Below, in pieces: positions 17,199 through 27,975 of a stretch of 64,000 nucleotides of DNA. Origin of the DNA: Candidatus Bathyarchaeota archaeon (GTDB lineage: Archaea; Thermoproteota; Bathyarchaeia; TCS64); assembly GCA_963771885.1 (NCBI GenBank), contig CAVYVF010000023.1, positions 832,001 to 896,000 on the forward strand, written 5' to 3'. The position numbers and the translations under genes are program-made. Numbering within the stretch: the first letter of the stretch is position 1; every line of letters starts with the position of its first letter. The notes below the pieces were generated by a model. That model saw only the letters and a list, made by a program, of their open reading frames with translations. It made no database searches and was not told the DNA's origin.

Positions 17199-19964
17199 CT
17201 ATCCCTGCTCGTGAGGTATTTCCTGACCTCATCTATGAGTAGGACTGTAGGGGCGAGAAGGGATAGTGTGAGCCAGTCCGCGGGTCCAGCGCTGCAGTGC
17301 CGAAGATAGGCTGTAGGAATGGCACGTAGACGATCGCCGCGAGCAGCGCGAGTTCGATAAGAATTCCGATTGGTATCCACCTGTTTGTAAATGGGTTCGA
17401 TTTGAGGGCGGAGTGGAGCCCGACGCGTGTCGAGATCGAGGTTGCCGAGCTGCCCCGCCATTATGCCGACCATCACAGCGGTAGTCCCCATAGCGTAAAC
17501 CCGCGGGTCGGCGATGGTCGGCAGAGCCATACTGCCACCCCCCGCGCGTCCAGACGTCAAAGGCGTAGAGCACCGAGACGGCGCCGACGACAACACCGAT
17601 GATGGCTGCTCTCCCAACGTATCCCAAATCCATCAGCTTGACACTCCTCGCCCTCGGAGGCCTCTTCAGCACATCCGACTCGGGCGGCTCTGTGATGAGC
17701 GCGAGTGAGACGGGTATCTCAAGTATCAGGTCGATGGCGAGGACCTGGACCACGAGTAGGGGAAGCGGGATGCCCAGGATTATAAAGGCGACGAAGGTCA
17801 CCAGCTCGGCGAAGTTGTGGGTGTAGACGTAGTAGACGAACTTGCGTAGGTTGTCGTACGTCGCCCTGCCGAGCCTGAGCCCCTCGACGATCGATGTGAA
17901 GTCGTTGTCGAGGAGCACCATGTCAGCGGACTCCCGCGCCACGTCGGTGCCGCCTGCCCCCATGGCGATGCCGACGTTCGCCTCAATCAGTGCAGGGGAG
18001 TCGTTCACACCGTCCCCGGTGACGGCGACCGTCTCCCCCTTTGCCATGAGTGCACTTACAACCCTCAGCTTATGCTCAGGGGTCGTCCTCGCAAACACGA
18101 TATCCCCAGAGTCGAGAATCCGCGACAACTCCTCGTCGCTCATCTCGTTCAACTCGGCGCCGGTCACAGCCACGTGGCCCGAGTCGGGTAGGATGCCGAC
18201 CCTTCTCGCGATAGCCTCCGCCGTTAACTCATGATCACCGGTGATCATGATGACCTTGACGCCGGCGCTCTTGGCCTGGCGTACGGCTGCCTCAGTCTTA
18301 GGCCTCGGAGGGTCGCGCAGGGCGGCGAGACCGAGTAGGGTCATCTCCTTCTCGACCTCGGGGCCCACATCGGTGCCGCTGGGTAACTCCCTAGAAGCCA
18401 TAGCGAGCACCCTGTAACCCTCAGACGCGAAGGTGGTTATCTGGCGCGTTATCTCGGCAATCGTCGTGTCGGTTAGTGGCTCGACCTTACCGTCATTGAA
18501 TATCGATGTGCAACGCGCTAACACGTCGTAACATGATCCCTTCGTGTATGCCTTACTTGAACCGCTATTAGTAGCATGGATAGAGGTCATCATCCTCCTC
18601 GCCGAGTCGAATGGGAGAAGTCCCGTACGGGGTTTCTCAGCCAACGCGATTGCGGCGTTGAAGTCGCCTTTGCCGGCGAAGACGAGGAAGGCGCCGTCCG
18701 TGGGGTCGCCTAGGACCGACCACCGCTCAATTCTATCAGTCGGGGCAACAAGTTTTGCGTTGGTACAGAAGGCGGAGACCTCGAAGAGGCTGACGAGGTG
18801 GGGCCTCTCCCCCGGGTTATGCGCCTGCCCTCGACGGTGACGAAACCCTCGGGGCTGTATCCATCGCCCGTGACCTCGAAGACCTTCCCCGTCGCCCAGA
18901 GCTTCTCCACCATCATCTCCCCGCTAGTTATCGTCCCCGTCTTGTCGACGCAGAGTACGGTCATCGAGCCGATGGTCTCTATCGCGGAGAGGCGTTTGAC
19001 GACAACGTTCCTCTTCGCCATGCCAAGTGCGGTGATGGCGAGGCTCAGTGAGACGGTGAGCTGGAAGCCCTCGGGGACGAGGCTGATCATTACTCCGATT
19101 GCGAATAGTATGCTCTCGATTACTGTGAGGTTGACGAAGCTCTTGGCGACGAGGAAGAAAGAGTGCCCACGGCGACGGAGAGAATGAGATTGAGCTTCGC
19201 CGTTCTGTCGATGTCCCTCTGCAGGGGGCTGAGGGGTTCCTCGATCTGACTTGAGAGGGCGACGATTCTCCCGAACTGGGTATCCTTCCCAGTCGTTAAG
19301 AACTACTCCCTCGCTACACCTGAGACAATCGTGGTGCCCGCGAAGAGCAGGTTCTGATACTCCACCGCATTGTTAACAGTCATCCCCGGCGTCATGTCGA
19401 CGAAGCGTCTAAGCGCCTCGGATTCGCCGGTGAGAATCGAGTTGTCGACGGAGACTTCGAAGGCGCTGACGAGGCGGAGGTCGGCAGGAACCCTGTCCCC
19501 CTCGTTGAGGACAACAATGTCCCCCGGCACTACATTACGGCACCTCGACTTCGACCTCGACGCATCGCGGAAGACCTTGGCTTTCGTCGGAATCATCTTG
19601 GTGATGGTCTGGACGGCCTGCTCGGCGCGGTACTCCTGGAAGATGCTGAATGCGACGTTGATTATCACGACCGCCAGTATTGCGGCCCCCATCTGGATCG
19701 AGCCCGGGTCGCTGTAGGCGTACCCACTAAAGAAGCTGAGTGCCGAGGCGAAGAGGAGCAGAAGGTTGAATGCGTTCCTGATCTGGAGGATTATTCTGCT
19801 CGTTAGGCTCCTTTTCTTGGCGTGGGAAGTGTATTGGGGCCGTATTTCTGCAGCCTATCCGCTGCCTTGTCCTCGGTTAACCCGTCTGGGCCTGACTGAA
19901 GGCGCCTGTAGACCTCATCGACCCTCGATAAAGCGTATTCGTCGTAGCCTGACCTCTCCCCCAC
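17195..19964 (-). pseudogene. Cation-transporting P-type (type II) ATPase interrupted by multiple frameshifts (artefact or pseudogene)
   Basis: YGPN, GDRVPAD, LTGES, VPEG, DKTGT, DPPR, TGD, GDGVND motifs spread over several frames. Confidence 0.8.
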
Positions 19965-20092
19965 CCACCATCCCCCCCGAAATAGCATAAACTAAATCTG
20001 TCTCTCTCTCAACCCCGAATCTCATTGAAGATAATCTTTAGTGATTATATCAGTGGTGCCGTTTGGCACCGTATCTAGAAGACGGGACCGAG

Positions 20093-20287
20093 TTACAACT
20101 CGGTCTTGGCGCAGGTGATCTTTGCTAGGACTTCGTCCGCCGCCTTCGCCTCGAGCTTTATGGTGAAGAGGTTGCCGGGAGTCCTCAGCTTGAGCTTGGT
20201 GACCTCGCCGAGCTTCTTGACTTTGCACTCGCTCGCCTTCTCGGATATCTTGAGGAACTCGTCTACGTTTGTGATCTCTTTCGGCAT
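20093..20287 (-). CDS. rpl38e: Ribosomal protein eL38
   Basis: MPKEIT..DEFL...KVKK..EVTKLKLRT...LFT signature of L38e. Confidence 0.88.
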   Translation of the reverse strand: MPKEITNVDEFLKISEKASECKVKKLGEVTKLKLRTPGNLFTIKLEAKAADEVLAKITCAKTEL

Positions 20288-20346
20288 AGCCTACACCGTG
20301 TCTTGACAAATGAAATGGAGGAGGATATTTAGCCTTTCGGTCAGTG

Positions 20347-21606
20347 CTAGACCTCGAACTCTTCGCCCTGTTTGGGTGCGGTCGCCTTGAGGCCGACCTC
20401 GTCCTGCGCCCATTGGGCGAGGAAGTCGCAGCTGTCCGGCTCGCCGTGGATGACGTAGATGTCCGGCTTACCCTTGAGTCCCTTTATGAAGTTCTGGAGG
20501 GGCGTCGCTCCTGTGTGGCTGCTGAAGTCGAAGTGGCGAACCTTTGCGAGGACCTTCTCGTCCCTCTCGGCGACGTTGAAGGTGCCCTGCTCGAGGAGCT
20601 TGTTGCCGCCTGTGCCGGGGACCTGGAAGCTGACGAGGAAGATCGCGTTCTCTGGGCGGAAGCCCAGTTTCTCCATGTAGAAGACGGCCGTGCCTCCCTG
20701 AAGCATACCGCTCGGGGCGACGATGACGTCCGCCTGGCTGATCGCCTTGCGCCTGTCTCTCCAGCCCCTGACTTCTTGGACGCGCATGCACGCCTGCTCG
20801 AACTGTGCCGGAGTCTTTACCGAGTCCTGCTTGTCTAGCAGTATGCGGTCAACCGCACGCGCCATTCCGTCGATGACCATAGTGCCCTCGAAGCCGTGCG
20901 CGTGGAGAATGTTGAACATCTCCTGGCTCCTGCCCACCGCGAATGCGGGGACGAGGACCTTGCCGCCCTCGTTCACCACGTCCTTGACGGCTTTCACGAA
21001 GTCGATCTCTAACTGCTTTCTCTCTGGGTGATCGTGCGTCGCGTAAGTCGACTCGATTACTACGGCGTCATACTTCTTCTTCGGCACCTTCGCGGCGGTG
21101 CAGATCCTCGTCTCCACCGTGTTGAAGTCGCTCGTGTAGAGTATGTTCTTCCCGTTTGTCTCGATGTCGACCATTGCTGAGCCGGGGATGTGCCCCGCGT
21201 TCTGCAGGTTGAAGTTGATGTCCTTGAGCTTGACCTCCTGCCCGTAGGCGAGGTCGTTCTTCTGCTTCATCATGTTGTCAAGCTCGATGTACTCGAAGGG
21301 CAAGTAGTAGTTGTTGAGCTTGATCATGTCTTCGATGAGTAGCTTCGATATTTCGGCCGTCGTAGCCGTGCAGAAGAGTGGCTTCTTCTCGCTGAGGTAG
21401 AACATGGGAACCCCGCCGCTATGATCGAGGTGCGCGTGGGCGAGTACGATTCCGTCGAGGTCCTTCGCCCTTACGTGGGCGGGGAACTCGGTCGGCTCGC
21501 CGATCTTGACGCCGTATTCTAGTAGTAATTTGGCCTCATTCGTCTGAAGGAGAACCGCATTACGGCCTACCTCATGGGTTCCACCCATGAATCCTAACTT
21601 TACCAT
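20347..21606 (-). CDS. MBL/beta-CASP ribonuclease (aCPSF2-like)
   Basis: GGTHEVGR, HAHLDHSG, AGHIPG, ESTY, FAVGRSQE, FSSH, IHGE. Confidence 0.92.
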   Translation of the reverse strand: MVKLGFMGGTHEVGRNAVLLQTNEAKLLLEYGVKIGEPTEFPAHVRAKDLDGIVLAHAHLDHSGGVPMFYLSEKKPLFCTATTAEISKLLIEDMIKLNNYYLPFEYIELDNMMKQKNDLAYGQEVKLKDINFNLQNAGHIPGSAMVDIETNGKNILYTSDFNTVETRICTAAKVPKKKYDAVVIESTYATHDHPERKQLEIDFVKAVKDVVNEGGKVLVPAFAVGRSQEMFNILHAHGFEGTMVIDGMARAVDRILLDKQDSVKTPAQFEQACMRVQEVRGWRDRRKAISQADVIVAPSGMLQGGTAVFYMEKLGFRPENAIFLVSFQVPGTGGNKLLEQGTFNVAERDEKVLAKVRHFDFSSHTGATPLQNFIKGLKGKPDIYVIHGEPDSCDFLAQWAQDEVGLKATAPKQGEEFEV

Positions 21607-21804
21607 TGCTATCTATACCTATCCTAGGCAACGAAGCGACCCGCTTTTGTACAGGCATGTGCGCCTACGGATCGTCGAGTCCTTTCCCCGGCTACCTATC
21701 TGGTGTCCTGGGGGGACGGTGCATCTTTCCTTTTGGTGCACTTATACCTTGCTGCTTATTCATCACTTAAAAATCTGATGGACGGTGCAACCACCGATTT
21801 GGGC

Positions 21805-23423
21805 TCATTTCCGGGTCTTGAGGGTGTTGGATAGGGCTTGGTATGCGTCGCTTGTCCAGGGATCGTTGCTCCAGATTGTGGTGAGGTTTATGCGGGCTTG
21901 GTTGCAGGCGTCCATGAGGGTGGACTCGACCTCGTCGTCGAGGTCGCCTTTTCCTCTGTGTATGTAGACGGCTCTGTGTCCGCTCTTGGTCACGTATTCG
22001 GCGACGGCGCTGTGCGGTGTAGCGGATGGTCTCATGGTCTAGTGGGGTCGCTATCTCGAACTGGCTGAGGGGATAGGTCTCGGATAGGTCTGCGGGCACG
22101 ACTCCGTATGGGGCGGCGTAGAAGCAGAAGTGGAGTCCATCGGTGTCCTTCCCCCATCTCGTTGTATAGGTGCTGGCGTAGGCGTCTGTACTCCTCACTT
22201 CCATCGAAGGGACGGTGGGGAGGCGTAGTTATGAGTAGTAGCGTATCAGCAGCTGTTGGTCTCTGGTAGTTGTCCTTGAGGAGGCGTTTGTATCGTGTCA
22301 CCTCGGGGCGGGCTAGGCTGTGCTGGTCGTAGTAGAAGACGCCGTGACCCTTGAAAGCCGGGCTTCCCCTCTCGAGGTCGTCTCGGTACTCCCCGAGGTG
22401 CTTGAGGGCGGATGTCATCGCTGGGTGTCCCCTGGCGCGTCTCTCGACGAGGTCGTAGAGGCTCCCCTCGTGGATCGCCTGCTTGACGGCGTCGATCTCT
22501 GCCATGCAAACGTGTAGGTTGTGCTCGGCGAGGAGTCGCTCGCGCTCCGCTTTCGTCGCGTTCTTGAGTCCGTCGGCGCCGTGTTGCCTGCAGACTGGGC
22601 AGCTGCATGGGAGGTAGTTGACGTCCTCGAGGCGGAGAGTGCCATGGGGTGTCATGTAGCGCCCGTCCTTCGCGTAGAGTGCGTAGCTGGCGGAGTCGAA
22701 TAGGTCGCAGCCCAGAGCCGCGGCGAGGCTGAACATCATTGGGTGTCCAGCACCGAAGAGGTGAAGGGGACGATCCGGGGGCAGGTTGCGCTTCGCTATC
22801 GCGATCATGTCGACGAGAACAGGAAACATGTAGCGCTCCATGACCTCAGTGGGGCTGCCAAGGGCATGTATCTGGAATGGCATCGCGCCGATGCTCTTTG
22901 CCGACTTTGCGACGAGATCCAGATGCTTGCCCCCCTGCACTGGTCCGACCCAGAGGGCGTCGCTGTCCTCGATGAGAGGTAGCGCCGCCTCGGCTCGGCG
23001 AAGCGTCTCGTCGACCGTGAACTCGACCTTCTCGCGGGGGACGTCCCAACCTGTGGGTATGTCGAGGATGACGGCTATGTCGCTCCCTATCTTCATCTGG
23101 TACTCGATGATCTCGGGTTGCGTGACCTCTACTCCGCCATAGACGAGTATCTGATAGGCTCCAGAGTCCGTCATGACGACCCCGTCATAGTCGAGAAGCT
23201 TGTGTATGTCGAGATTTGGGACGGAGCCGAAGTTACGCTTGGCGAGGTAACTGTTCGTGATGACTATGTCAGCGTGGAACTCCTTCCTCATCCTTTTCGG
23301 CGGGATGACCTGAGTGAGAGGGTTGATGACGGGCATGAAGGCGGGGGTCTCTACCGTGCCCCCCTTTGTCTTGAGGCGCCCGATCCTCCCCATGAGGTCC
23401 CTGTCCCTGAGCTCAAATGCCAT
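21805..23423 (-). CDS. tgtA: Archaeosine tRNA-guanine(15) transglycosylase, lacking PUA domain; two frameshifts near 22150 and 22015
   Basis: ETPAFMPV, MTDSGAYQ, PVQGG, HLFGAG, DLFDSA, CSCPVC, HNL; C-terminal part continues in two other frames (PYGVVPADLSETYPLSQ). Confidence 0.9.
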
Positions 23424-23531
23424 ATTGTGCTGGGGTGTGTGACGCCGGGTATTTCACCTTGGCGGAAAGAATGGATCGACCCACAGAGGAAAACGCCCAC
23501 AATCTGCAGTTGAAAAAAATTGGGGCTCTTA

Positions 23532-23954
23532 TCAGCCCTGTGTCTCTGCCTTGAACCTCGCGAAGATGTCTCTGACCCTGTCGGCGGCGGGACCCGTACC
23601 CTCGATGACGCCGGTCTCGTTGAGCCTTATCTTGCCCATGACGATGATTATCCTTGCCTCAGGGACGATCTGGACCATGTTGGGGAACACCTTCTCGAGC
23701 CTCTCCTTCAACCCCTCGAGGTTGAAGGGCCTCTCGGATGCGAGTATGCGGGCTACACTGGCGCCGGCGATGAAGACTCTGTGCGCCTTCCCGCGCTCCG
23801 TGTTCACATTGCCTAGGCAGATGCTCAGCGTGTTCTGGTCGTAGCCGAGTAGCTCGCCGTCGTAGGACTTGCCTGCGATGTCGAAGACCGCGACGGGCTT
23901 GCCCACAAGGAGGCCGAGTTCCTCGAAGAATTTCCTGCTGGTTACAGCCGCCAT
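23532..23954 (-). CDS. Sm-like protein with C-terminal extension (SmAP3/Lsm_C)
   Basis: Sm fold (GKSYDGELLGYD...ICL) plus FP.MV...IRLNE.GV.EG.GP C-terminal domain. Confidence 0.85.
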   Translation of the reverse strand: MAAVTSRKFFEELGLLVGKPVAVFDIAGKSYDGELLGYDQNTLSICLGNVNTERGKAHRVFIAGASVARILASERPFNLEGLKERLEKVFPNMVQIVPEARIIIVMGKIRLNETGVIEGTGPAADRVRDIFARFKAETQG

Positions 23955-24035
23955 CTTCTCTAACCTCTAGACCACAGATACCCATCCCATATATAAAAAT
24001 GCCAAAGTCTGCCGCTGGGTGGATTTGCTGTCAAT

Positions 24036-24266
24036 CTACGGGTTGAGCCGCCTGAAGGTTGGAGTGTAGTCCTCGCCGCCGCCCTCCTTAGCCTTCATAG
24101 CCTTCATGAGGGCGGTTGCCTCGGCGGGCGTCTCGGCGCGCCCGTAAACGCGTAGGGTTCGGAGGTCTGTTCTGCCGTTGCAGTTAGGGCATGTGCGGGT
24201 CTGGTTCGCGGTGTTTGCGAGCATGAGTTCGCTGCAGCGCGGGCACCTCACGACTATATACATCAT
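24036..24266 (-). CDS. Zinc-ribbon protein (DUF1922-like)
   Basis: YIVVRCPRC...RTCPNC. Confidence 0.75.
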   Translation of the reverse strand: MMYIVVRCPRCSELMLANTANQTRTCPNCNGRTDLRTLRVYGRAETPAEATALMKAMKAKEGGGEDYTPTFRRLNP

Positions 24267-24841
24267 AGTTCCCTCAGTAGCGCCTCGGTCTCGGGGTGGC
24301 TCATCCAGTCTACCTCGCCGTGGGTAGGCTCGACCTCACCGTCGAGCGCCGCCATGATTAACCTTACAGTGTCCTCGGGATCTCCACTTGTTGTGTCTAT
24401 CTCGAGCACCTTGATGGGTTCCTGCGCGGCGAGGGCGTCAGCGAGGCACGTGCCGAGCAACTCGGCCTCGACGTTCTCCCTGACTTTGCGGGTACTATAG
24501 CCGCGTGCCTTCAACTCCTCCCTCAGCACCCATGGTGCGCGCCGGAGGACAACCGTGAGGCTCGTATCATCGCGCGGCGCGACCTCGGGCGAGTAGTGGC
24601 CGTCTATAACTACGTCCCCCGAGGTGCTCGCGACTATGTTCAGTATAGCGTGCCTGAGCGCCCTCATGTCAGCGATCGTCGTGGCACGCCCTTGGTCCCA
24701 GCCCTGGCTGAGGCCACCATCCTTGACGAGGCGGGTCAACTCGATGTGCTCAGCGTGCAGTTCCGCGGCAAGGAGGGTAGAAACAGTCGTCTTGCCGGTG
24801 CCCGGTACTCCGGTGACGACGATGAGTTGCCGTTCGACCAT
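24263..24841 (-). CDS. Adenylate kinase 6 / Fap7-type nucleotide kinase
   Basis: TGVPGTGKTT P-loop, IDGH, RGY..KVRENVEAE. Confidence 0.9.
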   Translation of the reverse strand: MVERQLIVVTGVPGTGKTTVSTLLAAELHAEHIELTRLVKDGGLSQGWDQGRATTIADMRALRHAILNIVASTSGDVVIDGHYSPEVAPRDDTSLTVVLRRAPWVLREELKARGYSTRKVRENVEAELLGTCLADALAAQEPIKVLEIDTTSGDPEDTVRLIMAALDGEVEPTHGEVDWMSHPETEALLREL

Positions 24842-24853
24842 TTCGGATTCCGC

Positions 24854-25369
24854 TTAGGGCTTTTCGCTTTCTGCCTTCATCTTTAGCATGTCGCCGATGG
24901 TCTTCGCGCCCGTCGCCTTCGCCAGAATCTTCCCTTTATCCGTGTCGATCCTCTCCACGATGTCGAGGCTGAGATACTTTTTGATCTTTGAGATCAGCCT
25001 GTTGTCAGGCGTTAGCTCCTGCTTCTCGAGGTTCTTTACGACGGACTCCTTTTCCTGCATCTTCTTCGCGAGATCCTTTTCGCTGAGACCTAGCTTCTGA
25101 CGCGCCTTCCTGATCTCCTTGCCGTAGTCCTCGATAAGTTCGAGTGATTCGACTGTTTCGACGTCGTTTCGCACTCGTTTTCGTGGTGCGGGCTGGGGGC
25201 TCGTCTGAACCCAGCCGCTCGGCGCAGCCTTGACAGGCGCTGGCCTGCTAGTTCCCCACTCACTTGAGCCGAACTGAGCGCACTTACCACAAACCGTGAG
25301 TTTAGCGCCCTCTATCACTTGTTTCTGGGGTGGCCCCATTATCTCTTTTCCACAAACCTCGCATCTCAT
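24854..25369 (-). CDS. mbf1: Archaeal multiprotein bridging factor aMBF1
   Basis: CEVCG...IEGA.L.VC.KC zinc ribbon plus Cro-like HTH and TIGD tail. Confidence 0.92.
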   Translation of the reverse strand: MRCEVCGKEIMGPPQKQVIEGAKLTVCGKCAQFGSSEWGTSRPAPVKAAPSGWVQTSPQPAPRKRVRNDVETVESLELIEDYGKEIRKARQKLGLSEKDLAKKMQEKESVVKNLEKQELTPDNRLISKIKKYLSLDIVERIDTDKGKILAKATGAKTIGDMLKMKAESEKP

Positions 25370-25703
25370 GGCGGAGCCTCACATATGAGGCGAGAAATCA
25401 ACTTATAAAGGAAAGCGTCTCCGAAAAGCCGGACGATGCCGTCTCTCCACATCGTCCACTGCCCCATTCACCTTCTCGAAGAACTGCGCGCACAAGGAGT
25501 TGGAAAGCAACAACAGGGTCGATTCAAGTCTACTGCGGGACACTTACGCCAATTTTGAGGTGGCGCTCGATCCGGAGAGGTGGCGCGCAATGCTGGAGAC
25601 CTCAACAAGGGACTTTAGAACCTCATCTAGAGCACGAAGACTAGGCTGAGAAGGAGCACACCAGCAACACCTAATAACGGATTGTTCACCCATCTGAGGT
25701 GAA

Positions 25704-26171
25704 ATGGATGCTGACCTGAGGCGGATACGCGCCGTTGCCGATTTCCAGTATGGCCGGGGGGCTGGCGCCGCCCTCTTCCCAGACGAGGTGCGCATCGTCC
25801 ACTCCCGTAATACGGGGAGGATCAGGCACATCTACATCGATAAGGAGCTTCAGGCGACCTTCCGTCCGACCGATGGCGTCTTCACACTCACGATGGCAGC
25901 CGCCAAACGCCTCATTGAGTTGGTCCCCGACCTCACCTATGTCGTCGAGGTGACCGAAGACGCTGCCGAGTTCGTGGCTCAGGGAAAGAACGTCTTCGCC
26001 AAACACGTTACATGCGCTGGGGATAAGTTACGCCCCGGAGACGAGGTCATAATAACCTCAAAGCAGGGCGTGATAGGCGTCGGAAAAGCGCTCCTCCTAG
26101 CCGAGGAAATGAAGGCGTTCAAGACCGGTGTCGCCGTAAGGACCCGCCGCGGATCGGAGACGGACGCCTAA
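25704..26171 (+). CDS. PUA-domain protein (archaeosine TGT C-terminal module-like)
   Basis: IRAVADFQYG.G, TGRIR, GKNVFAKHV, RPGDEV, GVAVRTRRG. Confidence 0.88.
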   Translation: MDADLRRIRAVADFQYGRGAGAALFPDEVRIVHSRNTGRIRHIYIDKELQATFRPTDGVFTLTMAAAKRLIELVPDLTYVVEVTEDAAEFVAQGKNVFAKHVTCAGDKLRPGDEVIITSKQGVIGVGKALLLAEEMKAFKTGVAVRTRRGSETDA

Positions 26172-27002
26172 CTACTTCTCGAACTTGTCGCCGAGCTTCG
26201 TCTTCTTCCGCGTTTCACCCTTGCTGAAGTGGGCGAGGCGGGCAGCGGAGTCGTTTCCCTTCTCCATCTCCCTCGCCTCGTCGGCGGTCTTCGCCGCTTG
26301 TCGGAGCAGCTCGTGCGCTGCGGCGAGAATGGGTAGGTACCTCTCTGGCTCCTCGACCTTGAAGGTGCCCTCGGTGCTGAGATTCGCGACGCGGCGGCTT
26401 GCCTCGAATGCCGCCATCGCCTTACCCTGCGCAAAGGGATTCAAGATATGAGCTGCTGCGAGGGCCGCCTCCTTCTCGATAACCACCTGTGGCAGCGTCG
26501 GTTTCTCGCCCTTCCCAATCTGCTCGATGACCTTGTCAAGTTCCTGCTGAACTATCCTGAACGAGCCGGTGACGGCGAGGACCCTTATAGCGTCCGCGTT
26601 GAAGAGCGCCATCTCGACGGGATCGAGGAAGCTCTGCTTAGCGCCAATCATCGGGTCGTTGGTGACGACGATGTATCCGACGCCTTCAACTGGGTTCTCT
26701 TTCAGCGTTTTCCTGCTCGGCTCGTCGGAGACGACGATGATGGGTTTCCCTGCGACTCTGAGTGCCTCGCGCGCCTTTGTCGGCCCAGGCATAGCGGCGT
26801 TCGGTGAAACTACGACGTAGAGGTCCGAGGGGATGCCTAGTGCCAATTTCGCCACCTCCAGTGAGGCGTCCTCCTCCATACTAACACTCGAGGAGACGAC
26901 CCTCATCTGAAGGTCCTTACGCCCACTCCTCTCGTCGAGCAAGGCGTCAATCAGCGTAGTAGTTGCGATGTACCCGATCTTCACGAAAGTGACCTTAACC
27001 AC
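26172..27002 (-). CDS. mtd: F420-dependent methylene-tetrahydromethanopterin dehydrogenase
   Basis: K.G.I...LLDER..R.D, SPNAA.PGP..ARE, DPMIGA...FLDPVEMALFNAD, AAAHEL. Confidence 0.93.
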   Translation of the reverse strand: MVKVTFVKIGYIATTTLIDALLDERSGRKDLQMRVVSSSVSMEEDASLEVAKLALGIPSDLYVVVSPNAAMPGPTKAREALRVAGKPIIVVSDEPSRKTLKENPVEGVGYIVVTNDPMIGAKQSFLDPVEMALFNADAIRVLAVTGSFRIVQQELDKVIEQIGKGEKPTLPQVVIEKEAALAAAHILNPFAQGKAMAAFEASRRVANLSTEGTFKVEEPERYLPILAAAHELLRQAAKTADEAREMEKGNDSAARLAHFSKGETRKKTKLGDKFEK

Positions 27003-27321
27003 AGGAATCACGGCTCTGAATACGCTTCTCATAGACGATTATAAAAGAAATTCCTCGAAACATTGCGTATGCGACAAACTGCGAAAGGGCTCCGTATATT
27101 GAGGCGTATGGTGAACCATTAACCGAAACAGTATAAAAACTACCTGTATAACTCCGACATTTGACTTTTCCATACAAACATCTAGTGCTACAGTGATCAT
27201 CGCATTGCTCGGATGATGTAAAACAGGATAGCCTAAACCCGGAAAGATAACCCGCCTGATAAAATGGTAATTGAAACATCTATCCAATCGACGCAGCATC
27301 TACACTTCAGAGGTATAGGGC

Positions 27322-27945
27322 ATGTCATTCGATAAAAGGTGGGCAGGCTCAGATTCCCCGCCCCTTGGCAAGGCACTTAAGGATATGATTAATCCCCCGG
27401 GTGCGCTCAAGCCGCGCATGGAATACGCCACGAAGCGGATACAGACGCAGGTCCAGAAGCTGGACCGCGAGTCCCAGCGCATGGCCGAGAGGGACAAGAG
27501 TCTCTTTGCCAAGGTCGTCGATGCCTACCAGAAGCACGACACCCCACATGCAAACATCTACGCAAGGGAACTCGCCGAGCTCCGGAAAATGCAGAAGACG
27601 ATACTCAACGCGAAACTCGCCCTCGACCAGATAATGATGCGCATTGAGGCGGTGAGCGAGCTAGGTGACATCGCTTACACGTTGCTGCCCGTAATCGGCG
27701 TCATGCGCGACGTCATGATTGGGATGTCAAGTGTCAACCCCCAGATAGCCAAGGAAATGGGTGAGATCAGCAACATCCTCAGCGGTATAGTAATGGATGC
27801 TGGGGCGACAGGTGGCATGACCCTCAACTTCGAGTCTGCGAATGAGGACTCCGCCAAGATAATGGAGGAGGCCGCTAGCGTCGCAGAGTCTAGGATGAAG
27901 GACACCTTCCCCGAACTACCTAAGGACGGCAGACTCCCTACCTAG
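27322..27945 (+). CDS. cdvB: ESCRT-III/Snf7-domain cell division protein (CdvB1/B2-like paralogue)
   Basis: Coiled-coil Snf7 core (ANIYARELAELRK...LALDQI..R.E...ELGD), C-terminal FPELP. Confidence 0.85.
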   Translation: MSFDKRWAGSDSPPLGKALKDMINPPGALKPRMEYATKRIQTQVQKLDRESQRMAERDKSLFAKVVDAYQKHDTPHANIYARELAELRKMQKTILNAKLALDQIMMRIEAVSELGDIAYTLLPVIGVMRDVMIGMSSVNPQIAKEMGEISNILSGIVMDAGATGGMTLNFESANEDSAKIMEEAASVAESRMKDTFPELPKDGRLPT

Positions 27946-27975
27946 GCAACCATTTTATCCGCCGAGGCGCAGCCG

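Noticed and set aside
25430..25650. Possible small ORF or gene remnant between mbf1 and the PUA gene
   Set aside because: No convincing start or recognisable motif in any frame
27211..27260. C/D box sRNA upstream of cdvB
   Set aside because: C box is imperfect (TGATGT) and no internal D'/C' boxes are evident
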